DNA of 64,000 bases, taken from sequence record PV764601.1. One strand, written 5' to 3'. The translations under genes and the position numbers were made by a program. How positions within the stretch are numbered: the first letter of the stretch is position 1; every line of letters starts with the position of its first letter. The notes under the pieces were generated by a model. It was not told the origin of the DNA and did not search any database. It saw only the letters and a program-made list of their open reading frames with translations. This document shows, piece by piece, positions 18,926-27,928 of the stretch.

Positions 18926-19123
18926 TCACAATGGATAATACCCTGTGTTCAAAATCGTACCGTCGGTCAGTTCGTACAGGTAGATAGGCTTGACAACAGG
19001 CTTGCATCCCAAGTCTCGGTACATCTTGGAAGGGTGGCGTACCCGCTCTAGCAAGATTGCTTTGTACTCGGCTATGGTCGTGCCATGCACTACCTGCATC
19101 TTGTCAATCCATTTGCCCATCAT
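18926..19123 (-). CDS. Hypothetical protein
   Basis: Coupled ORF. Confidence 0.6.
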   Translation of the reverse strand: MMGKWIDKMQVVHGTTIAEYKAILLERVRHPSKMYRDLGCKPVVKPIYLYELTDGTILNTGYYPL

Positions 19124-19430
19124 TTCTCTCCTTGCGTTCGGGCAGCCGTTTCAGCGACCGCATCATTTCGTCCACTGCCTCCCACGATTCGCAGTTGGCA
19201 AGGTAGCACCATTCGGTGCTCCACACGTGCACGACGATGCCGCCCTTCGGATACTCGCCGTCGATAAACGGCGTCTTGGTGTAGACCGCTCGGTACTTGC
19301 GGCCGTTCTCCAACTCGTACTCACGCGGCTCTGTGCTACACTGGCACTTGTGCCACTTTCGGTCGCATAGACCGCAGGTATCTGGACAGATGCAGTCCAT
19401 ACACGAATACGATCCACAGTGGCAAGTCAT
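19104..19430 (-). CDS. Cys-rich hypothetical protein
   Basis: Nine N-terminal Cys residues. Confidence 0.65.
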   Translation of the reverse strand: MTCHCGSYSCMDCICPDTCGLCDRKWHKCQCSTEPREYELENGRKYRAVYTKTPFIDGEYPKGGIVVHVWSTEWCYLANCESWEAVDEMMRSLKRLPERKERNDGQMD

Positions 19431-19445
19431 CGTCGGTCTCCTTGG

Positions 19446-19859
19446 TTACAGGAACTTGCTGGGGTCGAAGCTCACGTTGAGCAACGTGAATTGAGGACCA
19501 GCCACGAACATGCCAACCTCTGCACCAATGCGAATGTCCGGATTGGTGAACACAATGATTGCACTCTCATCACCCTCAGCAATACTCTTCATGACCGTAC
19601 TGACAAGATCGGCCGCACCTTCGTAGGCGTGGGGTGGGCAGATGAGCGAGACAACACCGGCGCGACGGTAGGGACTCGGGTTGAGGAACCCTGCGCTTTC
19701 CAGCGCAGTCATCACGTCATCCAGATTGTAGTTGCCTGCGTCGTACTCTTCCAGAATCGGACGCGTGAGATTGAACAAGCGGTCGGTGATACGGGGCACG
19801 TCTGCTGCATCTGCGGCAGGAGCATCGCTGGGCCAACGGATTTGCAAAATGATTTTCAT
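19446..19859 (-). CDS. Hypothetical protein
   Basis: Coupled ORF. Confidence 0.7.
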   Translation of the reverse strand: MKIILQIRWPSDAPAADAADVPRITDRLFNLTRPILEEYDAGNYNLDDVMTALESAGFLNPSPYRRAGVVSLICPPHAYEGAADLVSTVMKSIAEGDESAIIVFTNPDIRIGAEVGMFVAGPQFTLLNVSFDPSKFL

Positions 19860-20635
19860 GGGTATGCCTCAAAGGTAAAGTCAGTCAGCTGCCGCGACAA
19901 AGCGTAAGCTGGATTGGATGAATGACACTCGGTAACAAACTCGTTGGGATCAAGCGGCGACGTACTAAGCATCACCACCTTGTTTGATTCCCGTAACCGC
20001 GCAGGGCTTCGCACCAACACACCTCCATTGAACCCAACCTCCGCTACGGGTAGCTGGGGCACGTCATCAATGAAGTTGAAAGCCACGATCCCGTCGTCGG
20101 TCAACACACTACGTAGCTCCCGCAGGAACTCGGTTGAAAAGAACTGCTGGCCCATCGTGTTGTTCTCGAAGGGGTAGCAGTCCACCAGCACGAAATCAAG
20201 GTACCCAGCTTCGGTACGCTTGACCACTTGCACTGCATCGCCCTTAATGACTGGTCCGACGTCAGGCCACAGCTTTGCCACCGCGATCATTTCGGGACTT
20301 GCTTCGACAGACACTAGGGCTACATCGGGCCACGTGTAGCGAATGTAACGCGAGGCATTGCCGCCACCTAAACCCAGCACCAGCGCACGCCTATTGCTTT
20401 GACGGCGGCACAGCATCCACAAACCGGACATGGCTGAGTACAGGTATGGGAACGACAGGTAAGACGGAAGGTGCGTGTGCACCCCTGTGTGCAGCGAACA
20501 ACTGGACGCCTCAACTTGCTGACCAATCTGTAGCTCTATGGCGCAGGTTACGATGTACTCAACATCGGGAGTGCTCTCATCCACTGCAATGTAGACAGCT
20601 GAACTCCCGGTGCCGTACTTGGCTAAAATCCTCAT
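19856..20635 (-). CDS. Spermidine-synthase-like class I SAM-dependent transferase
   Basis: ALVLGLGGG, SVEASPEMIAVAK, GDA, LDFVLVDCY, FFSTEF...L..DGIVAFN. Confidence 0.8.
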   Translation of the reverse strand: MRILAKYGTGSSAVYIAVDESTPDVEYIVTCAIELQIGQQVEASSCSLHTGVHTHLPSYLSFPYLYSAMSGLWMLCRRQSNRRALVLGLGGGNASRYIRYTWPDVALVSVEASPEMIAVAKLWPDVGPVIKGDAVQVVKRTEAGYLDFVLVDCYPFENNTMGQQFFSTEFLRELRSVLTDDGIVAFNFIDDVPQLPVAEVGFNGGVLVRSPARLRESNKVVMLSTSPLDPNEFVTECHSSNPAYALSRQLTDFTFEAYP

Positions 20636-21030
20636 TCGCCCACCGGACCGTAGCGAATGATTTTGTCGAGCGTATCTTGGATCATGGTCTTGCTGCTACC
20701 GTCTGGAAGGTGGACAACCCATTCACCATACGACCGAATGTCCATAGTCCACCCACCTACCAACGTCGGGCTCCTACGTATCCGCAGGCGAGTGTTGCGC
20801 TTGGGCTCGATCAGGTACTGGGTTTGATCGTCGCTAATGGCCTCAAGGTATTCGTAACCTGGGTACTTGCGGTAGCGAGGATCGTCCACTGGCATCTTGC
20901 CCGTAAGATGCACAGCTTTGTTGGGGCCGAGGTCAGGCAGGTGGCCTTCACGGAACACAGGTTCGCCATCTTGTGTCATCCACAACGTGTGCCCATCGGC
21001 CTTGGTCCATCCTGTGAGCTTGACGGTCAT
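20632..21030 (-). CDS. Hypothetical protein
   Basis: Coupled ORF. Confidence 0.7.
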   Translation of the reverse strand: MTVKLTGWTKADGHTLWMTQDGEPVFREGHLPDLGPNKAVHLTGKMPVDDPRYRKYPGYEYLEAISDDQTQYLIEPKRNTRLRIRRSPTLVGGWTMDIRSYGEWVVHLPDGSSKTMIQDTLDKIIRYGPVGE

Positions 21031-21182
21031 GCGGTAGCCTCCTTGTTGGGCAGCAGCTTCATGATCTTCTGGACCAACGCGCTAGACAGCCACACCTTCT
21101 TGCCGGTCTTTACGTCGGTGGCCACCACGGGACCGTATGGGCAGGTGGGTCGAGTTGCTTTGCACAGCGGGCAATCATTCAT
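21027..21182 (-). CDS. Small hypothetical protein (CPLC)
   Basis: 3' part of track ORF; MNDCPLC start. Confidence 0.5.
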   Translation of the reverse strand: MNDCPLCKATRPTCPYGPVVATDVKTGKKVWLSSALVQKIMKLLPNKEATA

Positions 21183-21693
21183 CGTGGGCCTCCCTACACT
21201 CTGCCTGTTCTGCCTCACGCTTGGCCCGGATGACCCACGCGGCTTTGTGTTGTGGATGCAGCTGACTCCAGTAAGCAGGGCGGTTCTCTCGCTTGACTGC
21301 GTTGTGCTGGTGTTCGCACCACAGTTCGTAGGCACGATCCCCATACTGCAAAATGTCGGTCTCCAACTGCAACCGCTCTGCCTCGCGTTCTTCGTTGCGG
21401 CGGCGCAGCTGCCGGGCCATGCGCAGACTGGCAATTTCGCTGGTCACCATAGCGACGGCCAACGCTTCCATGTCGTGACTGTCGGCTCCACGCTCAATAA
21501 AGTGGGTGAGCACTGGTTGGATCGCAGCATGCAACGCCGCGTCAAACTCTTGGCCCATGTCACTGAGGGTTTCAGCTGGGGTGTACAGTCGAGTGTACGT
21601 GTTGGCCTTCGGAATCTGCTGGAAGGCAGGCGCAGGCATAGTCACGGTTCCAGTGACCACACGTGGGGGTTTGCTCAGGTCAATTGTGTCCAT
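21175..21693 (-). CDS. Hypothetical protein
   Basis: ORF. Confidence 0.7.
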   Translation of the reverse strand: MDTIDLSKPPRVVTGTVTMPAPAFQQIPKANTYTRLYTPAETLSDMGQEFDAALHAAIQPVLTHFIERGADSHDMEALAVAMVTSEIASLRMARQLRRRNEEREAERLQLETDILQYGDRAYELWCEHQHNAVKRENRPAYWSQLHPQHKAAWVIRAKREAEQAECREAHDE

Positions 21694-21735
21694 TGTCTCT
21701 CCACAGTGCGTCGGTGATTGCTTGTTCGTGGTTGG

Positions 21736-21867
21736 TCATACCAACATTTCCTTATCGCAATGATCGCACGTGACTACGGAACCTCGTTGATCGCCTTCGA
21801 CCTCAAAGGTGTTGTCACAATACGGACAGTCTACGTGGGTGTATAACATGCTGACGGCTTCTTCCAT
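21736..21867 (-). CDS. Zn-ribbon micro-protein
   Basis: CPYC...CDHC. Confidence 0.6.
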   Translation of the reverse strand: MEEAVSMLYTHVDCPYCDNTFEVEGDQRGSVVTCDHCDKEMLV

Positions 21868-22133
21868 CAGAGCACACTCGGTACGTGGTGGATGATCCCG
21901 AACTGCTCGCCAGTGGGGAACGGCCACACTACCACGTCGTTGACCGCCAAGTGTTGGGCCTTGACGCTCAGGTAGCTGACGCTATGGCTGTGACGGTGGG
22001 GAACCACACGCAGCAACAGGTGGTCGGGATCGAGGCTGGCTTCGTACACCTTGGCGAAGCTAGGCGGGTGCAGCCAGCAGTTCCTTTCTTCGCTCCAACC
22101 CGAGATTGGTTGGATGGTCAGATCGAAGGTCAT
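21867..22133 (-). CDS. Hypothetical protein
   Basis: Coupled ORF. Confidence 0.6.
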   Translation of the reverse strand: MTFDLTIQPISGWSEERNCWLHPPSFAKVYEASLDPDHLLLRVVPHRHSHSVSYLSVKAQHLAVNDVVVWPFPTGEQFGIIHHVPSVL

Positions 22134-22396
22134 AGATCACCTCGGGCGCTCTTGCATTGGGTGGGACGGTCGGCCCCATCTTTGGTCAGTAGATGGAACA
22201 CCGTAGCGCCTAGCAACGCAGGCCACGTGGCGCTGACGATCCCAGCTTCGGTGATGGTCAACATGCCACCGGCCTCACCGGGGCATTCCTTGGCGTACTG
22301 GCGCTCCACGATGCCGGTGATTAGACCACCTAGCATCAGGTAGATGCACAGCTTGGTGAAGAACTCGGTCTTGATGTTGAAGGTCTTGTTGGTCAT
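22130..22396 (-). CDS. Membrane protein
   Basis: Two hydrophobic segments; start MTNKT. Confidence 0.65.
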   Translation of the reverse strand: MTNKTFNIKTEFFTKLCIYLMLGGLITGIVERQYAKECPGEAGGMLTITEAGIVSATWPALLGATVFHLLTKDGADRPTQCKSARGDL

Positions 22397-22578
22397 AGCC
22401 TTTCCAGTAGAAGGAAGATGCCAGTGTAGCAGGCACCGAAACCAAAGGCGCTGGCGAAGACAGGAGTGATGCCGGTACGTGCACGACCACGCCATGCACC
22501 ACGTCCCAGCCACAGGAACACAAACGACAGCAGGACGAATACCACGATGAAGAGAATGCTGAGTGCGTCCAGGTTCAT
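22393..22578 (-). CDS. Two-helix membrane protein
   Basis: Hydrophobic, coupled. Confidence 0.7.
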   Translation of the reverse strand: MNLDALSILFIVVFVLLSFVFLWLGRGAWRGRARTGITPVFASAFGFGACYTGIFLLLERL

Positions 22579-23333
22579 GGCTTGTCCCTCTTCGTAGGTA
22601 CGGGCTTCTTGTGGTTCATCAATGCGTCGATGGCCTCGCGGAACTCAGGCGGTGGGCAGAAGCCATGATGCTCAATGTAGTGGACCAGCGTTTCCTTCCA
22701 CGTCACGTTTACCTGACGGCCACGATACCACATGCCCTTGCCGGTACCAACATGCAGATAGCGACCGCTGCCCAAGTCTCGGCACTGTGACATAGTGCAA
22801 CGACTGGTTCCCTTGGTGGTCTCGCGGGAGACACGCAAGCGATCCTTCTCCAGCTTCTTGATACGGGCCAAGAACGCAAGGCGCACGGTGTTGGATACCC
22901 AACAGAGGCCCATCCGATCCTGCTCGGGATCAAGCTCGATCCAGTTTGCACCTAGGTGCGCGTTGACCTCGTTCTCGGTACCGCAGTCACAGGGCTCACC
23001 CGGATCAGCGTCGCACTCACGACACTGTGGTGCCTGTTCGGGAGTCCTACGCGGGCGTACCCCTGGGGAACGGGCCTGCGGGGCGGGAGCATCATCATCA
23101 TCATCGGCTTCTTCCTCATCCTCCTCTACCTGCATGCGACGGTAGCCAGAGGTCAGCACACGCAGCTGCCGTACAAAGTCGTCATCGTCGGTGGACGTGA
23201 TGGTGACCACGGCGTCACCCGAATGGGCGATGAGGATCAGTTTAGTGCGCGTCAGTTCAAGGGTAGTGCGCTCCCACCCCGAGGTGCGGAGGAACTCGGT
23301 GATGGCTTTGGTGACGGAGTTGGTGACGTTCAT
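22575..23333 (-). CDS. Hypothetical multi-domain protein
   Basis: Acidic linker and Cys clusters. Confidence 0.75.
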   Translation of the reverse strand: MNVTNSVTKAITEFLRTSGWERTTLELTRTKLILIAHSGDAVVTITSTDDDDFVRQLRVLTSGYRRMQVEEDEEEADDDDDAPAPQARSPGVRPRRTPEQAPQCRECDADPGEPCDCGTENEVNAHLGANWIELDPEQDRMGLCWVSNTVRLAFLARIKKLEKDRLRVSRETTKGTSRCTMSQCRDLGSGRYLHVGTGKGMWYRGRQVNVTWKETLVHYIEHHGFCPPPEFREAIDALMNHKKPVPTKRDKP

Positions 23334-23848
23334 TACTGGTCCTTGTGTTGGCAGATGCAGTTCGGTCCCACGTGGCAGTCCTCAGTTGGAGGGAAGCGCA
23401 CTGGCAGCAGGCCCCGATCGTCGGCGCGGTCGATGATGATTTCCACGTCATCGATGGTTTTGTTTGTGCAGCCGTTCCCGAAGATGCCAGTGATGAGCAG
23501 GGTCGGTCGGTTGATGCACAGCCATTGCCAGCGTCGGGCCATTGCCGCCACGTCTTCCACGTCTTCCTCGGGATACTTGCCTGTCAGGAAGTGGTAGGTC
23601 TGCCTGTTGCCTCCTAGTGCAGCCAGCAGCGGATCAGGTTGGTCACTACCCGTAGATAGGGAGGTCGAGACCTCTCCGTACACTTCGGTTTCGTTGATCG
23701 CGTTGGTTAGCAGAGCACGCACGTGACCGGCCGGGTAGTTGAGGGTCAGTACGGCACCTATGCTGCGGCCGGAGTCCAGTCGGATGCGGAAGATCGAAGT
23801 GACCAGTTCGGATATGGTGTCTTCGTCCAGCAGTTCGGATATCTTCAT
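23333..23848 (-). CDS. Hypothetical protein, MKISE(L/I)L paralog family
   Basis: N-terminus aligns with 30656..31186. Confidence 0.7.
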   Translation of the reverse strand: MKISELLDEDTISELVTSIFRIRLDSGRSIGAVLTLNYPAGHVRALLTNAINETEVYGEVSTSLSTGSDQPDPLLAALGGNRQTYHFLTGKYPEEDVEDVAAMARRWQWLCINRPTLLITGIFGNGCTNKTIDDVEIIIDRADDRGLLPVRFPPTEDCHVGPNCICQHKDQ

Positions 23849-24381
23849 TTGGCGTCCTCACAGTGGCGGCACGGCTCAACAGTACGGAAGTTCTCGTTGA
23901 TGACCTTGCCGTCATCGCAGTGCGCGCACGGGTTACGTGCACCTTCCCCACGCTCGGTCATGGCCACCAGTTCTTGCAGCTGTCCGTACTCGGGTTGGTC
24001 GCTCATGTCCAGATGACCTATAGCAAACTTCAACGCCTCCCGGTACTTGGGATTGAGAGCGGGTGCTGAATCTTGCGTGTCGCCAATCAGCGCGCGAATG
24101 TCGTCAACCGGGCTGCCCTTGTAGTCACGATCAGCTGCCCAACGGTCGGCCAGCTGACGCAGGGTGTTGACAGGAACCACGCTCGGATCAAGCACGCTGT
24201 CGATCAGGTCACGCAGGCGCATCAGGCTACCCCGATCGGTGGGCAGGCGGAAACGAGGGCCTTCCGGGTCACCTTCGTAGGCAAACTTTATCGTGTGGGC
24301 AATCACGTCTTTCTGGAGGGTGACGATCACAGCCGACTGCTGGTTGTGGGTGTCGTTCATGATGCAGAGCTTCGGGCTCAT
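23845..24381 (-). CDS. Hypothetical protein
   Basis: ORF, C-terminal CAHC...CRHC. Confidence 0.7.
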   Translation of the reverse strand: MSPKLCIMNDTHNQQSAVIVTLQKDVIAHTIKFAYEGDPEGPRFRLPTDRGSLMRLRDLIDSVLDPSVVPVNTLRQLADRWAADRDYKGSPVDDIRALIGDTQDSAPALNPKYREALKFAIGHLDMSDQPEYGQLQELVAMTERGEGARNPCAHCDDGKVINENFRTVEPCRHCEDAK

Positions 24382-24494
24382 GGGGCTTCCTTGTTGGGCT
24401 ATGGGTGATGTAGCGAACGTCTACGAAGTCGGGGATAAAAGGACCACCCCGTTGGACCCGTTCTTTGAGGGGCATAGCGCCTCCTTTGTCCCTA

Positions 24495-24520
24495 TATTTA
24501 CAGGATGCCAAAATGGCACC
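24495..24520 (-). promoter_or_regulatory. Putative phage promoter CCTGTAAATA with palindromic box
   Basis: Minus strand GGTGCCATTTTGGCATCCTGTAAATA, just after the ART terminator. Confidence 0.7.
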
Positions 24521-24545
24521 CTCGACTCGGGAGCGCAGAAACGAC

Positions 24546-24567
24546 AAAGGCACCCTTTCGGATGCCT
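24546..24567 (-). terminator. Intrinsic terminator after the ART gene
   Basis: Minus strand AGGCATCC-GAAA-GGGTGCCT-TT. Confidence 0.7.
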
Positions 24568-24574
24568 GAGTCGC

Positions 24575-25363
24575 TCATTTGCGTTGCTTTACTAGCTTGA
24601 CGTGGGTTACGTGCACCCGGTGCTTGGTGCTATCGAATGAGGAAGAGTGTCCGGACGGACTACCCGGTAGATCGTGGACGCTGTGACCCAAGACCTTGAA
24701 CTTGTTACCGTGGTGCAGCACCGTTTCTGCCTCATGCCGGGTAAGGCCATCATCAACGTGGTGAGGTACGTGCATAATCTTGGAGCCTTTGGGCAAATGA
24801 ATCTTGACGACGTGATGCTCTCGATGCGTACCCGTGTGCTCGCTATGACCGAAGGAAGAAATGGCTACTGAGGGGCTATGGCTGGTACTGGTGTACCCGT
24901 GGTCAGTGAAGGTGTCTCCCTTCTTGAGCGCCTTGATCTTGTGGGCGGCTTCGCCCACCCCACGGTACACAGCGGTCTTGTGTTTCAGCTGATAACTGGT
25001 AGCGTGCCCCAATCCTTTATGCAGATCATGTAGCGAATGGTCGGTGAAGTTGTAGTCACCGTTGCCTTTGATCTTACCCTTGTGGGAGGGATGGCGGAGT
25101 TCTCGGTTAAAATCGTTGTGTCCGATACTTCTGTAGTGATCTACTGCATGGCCAACGTGTTCGGATGTTTGGCGTGCCCGAGTTACGTGTGCCTTGTGCC
25201 CTTTTTGGTCTTCGGGATGTAAGGAAGTACGTTTCAACGCATGAGCGTGTTCTTCGGAGGAAGCAGTCTCACTAGATAGCGAATCGTCTTCGGGTGCGGT
25301 GTAGTCTAGGTGATGATCGGTCCAGACGAACTTGTTGGACCCTACGGTAGACAGGACTCTCAT
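24575..25363 (-). CDS. His-rich mono-ADP-ribosyltransferase (VIP2/Alt/Mod-like, R-S-E class)
   Basis: VYRGV, GYTSTS, HEAETVL..G.KFKV catalytic motifs; about 39 His in 262 aa by hand count. Confidence 0.85.
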   Translation of the reverse strand: MRVLSTVGSNKFVWTDHHLDYTAPEDDSLSSETASSEEHAHALKRTSLHPEDQKGHKAHVTRARQTSEHVGHAVDHYRSIGHNDFNRELRHPSHKGKIKGNGDYNFTDHSLHDLHKGLGHATSYQLKHKTAVYRGVGEAAHKIKALKKGDTFTDHGYTSTSHSPSVAISSFGHSEHTGTHREHHVVKIHLPKGSKIMHVPHHVDDGLTRHEAETVLHHGNKFKVLGHSVHDLPGSPSGHSSSFDSTKHRVHVTHVKLVKQRK

Positions 25364-25448
25364 GGTTTCTCTGCTTAGGGGAAGACACCTGAAATTAGAG
25401 GACTCAGATGATGCACAGGTGCAGGGTAACGTCGGGCATGGGATTTCC

Positions 25449-25700
25449 TTATGCGTGCCGGCCCACTACGGGCATCAGTGTGTTGAGGTGGATGGCAGTA
25501 CACTGCACGTAATGATACCCGCAGTAGCCGACGGTGAACGTGACAAGACTCGGATAGGCGGTGGGCCAGTCGTGAATCGTGTCGCCCTTTACCTTACCGC
25601 CCCATGCTTTGAGGGCATGTCGGAAGCCTGCTTGCGTGCGCACCACGAAGGTGTTGTGGGTCACGGCCTCGACGTTGGGCAACGGGGTGTCGGTACTCAT
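25449..25700 (-). CDS. Hypothetical early protein
   Basis: Coupled ORF in the sigma70 cassette. Confidence 0.65.
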   Translation of the reverse strand: MSTDTPLPNVEAVTHNTFVVRTQAGFRHALKAWGGKVKGDTIHDWPTAYPSLVTFTVGYCGYHYVQCTAIHLNTLMPVVGRHA

Positions 25701-25963
25701 GCGGCTGCGTCGATGGCGTTGTCGGGGAGTACCTTGACGATGACCAGTCGGCCCGTGCTGACCAGCAGGTACTCGGGATGCTGCTGTTCGACGAAGTGCC
25801 AGTAGTTGCCGTGGCGCTGCACGAACTCAGGGTCGGCCACAGCGGCACGCCCTTCATCCAGCAGTTCCAGCGTGCGCTCACCTTTGACCTTGATGGAGAA
25901 CCCGTCAATGTCGGTAGCGGAAGAGGCGATCAGGTTGGAGAAGAATGCGGAGAGCTTGTTCAT
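25697..25963 (-). CDS. Hypothetical early protein
   Basis: Start MNKLS. Confidence 0.65.
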   Translation of the reverse strand: MNKLSAFFSNLIASSATDIDGFSIKVKGERTLELLDEGRAAVADPEFVQRHGNYWHFVEQQHPEYLLVSTGRLVIVKVLPDNAIDAAA

Positions 25964-26044
25964 GATGGTTCCTTTAGGTCGGGAGGGCAGACACGACAAA
26001 GCCGCCCGAAGGCGGCAGGGTCTAATCTAGGTTTACAGGGTGGG

Positions 26045-26380
26045 TCAGAGGAACTTGGCGTCGTCCGGACCTACTTGCTCGCGTGCCCAGCTGGACCGGC
26101 AGACGAGGTAGCCGCCCCATGTGTCCGGGTTGGTTGCGTGGGGCACCAGCGCAGCCATGAGGCCGAGGGATTCCAGCGCGTCAAGGTGGGCGGCACCGCC
26201 ACGGCCAGCGGGAGCGAGACCGAAGGTGTGGGCCTTGTCGAGGGGGACGAACAGGGGACCGTCGGCCGTCATGCTTTGCAGCAGGGAGTGGCGGCGGAAC
26301 TGCTCGGCCTTGTTGGCTTTCTGCATGGCATCGCGCTGTGCATCAACGTCCGAAGTGGTCTTGGCGGTCTTGGCGTTCAT
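26045..26380 (-). CDS. Hypothetical early protein
   Basis: Start MNAKT (or MTMNA). Confidence 0.65.
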   Translation of the reverse strand: MNAKTAKTTSDVDAQRDAMQKANKAEQFRRHSLLQSMTADGPLFVPLDKAHTFGLAPAGRGGAAHLDALESLGLMAALVPHATNPDTWGGYLVCRSSWAREQVGPDDAKFL

Positions 26381-26405
26381 GGTCATTCCTTTGGTGCTGG
26401 TTGGG

Positions 26406-26525
26406 TTAGGCGCGGACGGTGGTGGAAAGGGTGGGGCCGACGAACGGGGCGCTGCCAATCATGGCGACGGCCCAAAGGATGGCCGAGATAGCAACGGCGG
26501 TCAGCAGGATGGTCTTGATCTTCAT
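26406..26525 (-). CDS. 39-aa membrane/signal-like peptide (not in ORF track)
   Basis: MKIKTILLTAVAISAILWAVAMIGSAPFVGPTLSTTVRA*. Confidence 0.55.
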   Translation of the reverse strand: MKIKTILLTAVAISAILWAVAMIGSAPFVGPTLSTTVRA

Positions 26526-26535
26526 GGTCGGTTCC

Positions 26536-26898
26536 TTAGTGGTGGGCAGCGTTGCGGTTCAGCAGGCCGAGGAAGGTAAAGAGGGGCATGACGGCTTCGG
26601 GCTTGAAGTGGGTCTTCATCTTTTCGATGCAGTCGCGCAGTTCGTCGCCCCGAACGCCCTTGGTGGCGAACCCGATGGCCTGCAACTCCCCTTCGTGGTA
26701 TCCCATGTGAGCTTCGGGGTAGGCGGTCAGGACAGGGCCATACACAAATCGAAGGGCCGGAGCAGCTTGCACCAACATGCCTGCCGCTTCCATCTCCGAT
26801 TCATCAAACAGGACAGTAATGTCGTTGGCGGTATGCTGGACCACCAGTCCCATTTCAACGGCGGTCTGTACGATCAGGGCGAGGACGTTGGCGTTCAT
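26536..26898 (-). CDS. Hypothetical early protein
   Basis: ORF with C-ending codon bias. Confidence 0.7.
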   Translation of the reverse strand: MNANVLALIVQTAVEMGLVVQHTANDITVLFDESEMEAAGMLVQAAPALRFVYGPVLTAYPEAHMGYHEGELQAIGFATKGVRGDELRDCIEKMKTHFKPEAVMPLFTFLGLLNRNAAHH

Positions 26899-26915
26899 GA
26901 GGGGGCTCCGAAGGG

Positions 26916-27260
26916 TTAGACGATGCTGTCGAGGAAGGCGATGACCGAGGCGATGCGGTCGCGCTCCACGTCATAGTCGTCAAGCGTGGCGCTCAGGCTG
27001 TTCCGAAGCATGGCACCGCGCAGGTAAGGGGTGGCGCACTGCACATGACCCGCACGTTCCAGTTCCACCGAGGCCACCAGCTGGGCATTCTTGTTCAGCA
27101 TGAAGGTCAGGATAACCTGGGAGCCGTCCTGCTCCGGGAACTCCACCGTCATCAGGTGGCTGGACAGGTTGGCGGTCCGAAGGTCCATGCGCTCGGCGGC
27201 AGCGCGTACCGGCATCAGTTCAGCGATCAGGGGACGGTTCCGAGGGGACTTGCGCTTCAT
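26916..27260 (-). CDS. Hypothetical early protein, first gene after the sigma70 promoter
   Basis: GGAGA RBS. Confidence 0.75.
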   Translation of the reverse strand: MKRKSPRNRPLIAELMPVRAAAERMDLRTANLSSHLMTVEFPEQDGSQVILTFMLNKNAQLVASVELERAGHVQCATPYLRGAMLRNSLSATLDDYDVERDRIASVIAFLDSIV

Positions 27261-27343
27261 GAGATTCTCCGAGGTATCTGACTAGGGGTTCCGATAGGTG
27301 GGTCCCGGTGGGCATCAGCCCCTTGTTTCCCTACCACAAGCCT

Positions 27344-27372
27344 ATTATGCCTGGACCCTATCCCCCTGTCAA
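27344..27372 (-). promoter_or_regulatory. Host sigma70-type promoter
   Basis: TTGACA-17 nt-CATAAT on the minus strand. Confidence 0.85.
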
Positions 27373-27456
27373 CCACTGTTCATTTTCGTTCAGCTGCCGT
27401 TCAGGTTCGATTCAGGGACAACTTGCACGAAATTGGAACCTATCGCCGGGCTATGC

Positions 27457-27492
27457 AAAAGGGCCTACCCCACGTCAGCAGGATAGGCCCTT
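27457..27492 (-). terminator. Intrinsic terminator
   Basis: Minus strand AAGGGCCTATCC-loop-GGGTAGGCCCTT-TT. Confidence 0.75.
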
Positions 27493-27496
27493 CGGA

Positions 27497-27655
27497 TTAG
27501 TGCTTCGGACTGTGTGCGGTCAGGTGGACCACGTGGTAGATATGCCCGCTGTCGGGATCAGTGTGCTGGGAGTGGTGCGATACCTTGTACTTGGTGCCGG
27601 GATGCAGGATGACCTCGCCTTCATGGTGGTTGAGCTTCCCGATGTTGTACCACGT
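27497..27655 (-). pseudogene. 3' relic of a second His-rich ADP-ribosyltransferase gene
   Basis: Startless frame TWYNIGKLNHHEGEVILHPGTKYKVSHHS...HIYHVVHLTAHSPKH* aligns with the ART C-terminus HEAETVLHHGNKFKVLGHS. Confidence 0.7.
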
Positions 27656-27928
27656 TCATTGCGCTACCTCCGCATCCATCACGTCCAGTACGCGGTGGTG
27701 TCCGATGCTGCCTTGGTCGTCGTGGAGTTCCACAATGTCACCGAGGCACAGGAACAGGTAGGTCTGGGACAACGTTTTGCCGGTGGATTCGCCGTTGTCG
27801 TCAAACTGCAACACCGCCAGTGTATCCGTGGTGTTCATCAGGTGACTGCGCTCAACACGATCCGGGTCGCTCACCCAACCGCCGAACGCCCTGCATACAG
27901 GCTGCAACACAACTCGATACATGCTCAC
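27656..27928 (-). CDS. Hypothetical protein
   Basis: Coupled ORF; its TGA is in frame with the ART relic. Confidence 0.65.
   Translation of the reverse strand: MSMYRVVLQPVCRAFGGWVSDPDRVERSHLMNTTDTLAVLQFDDNGESTGKTLSQTYLFLCLGDIVELHDDQGSIGHHRVLDVMDAEVAQ

Noticed and set aside
27404-27413. GGTTCGATTC T-loop-like motif suggesting a tRNA
   Set aside because: Flanks do not pair into a T-stem; no acceptor or anticodon arms
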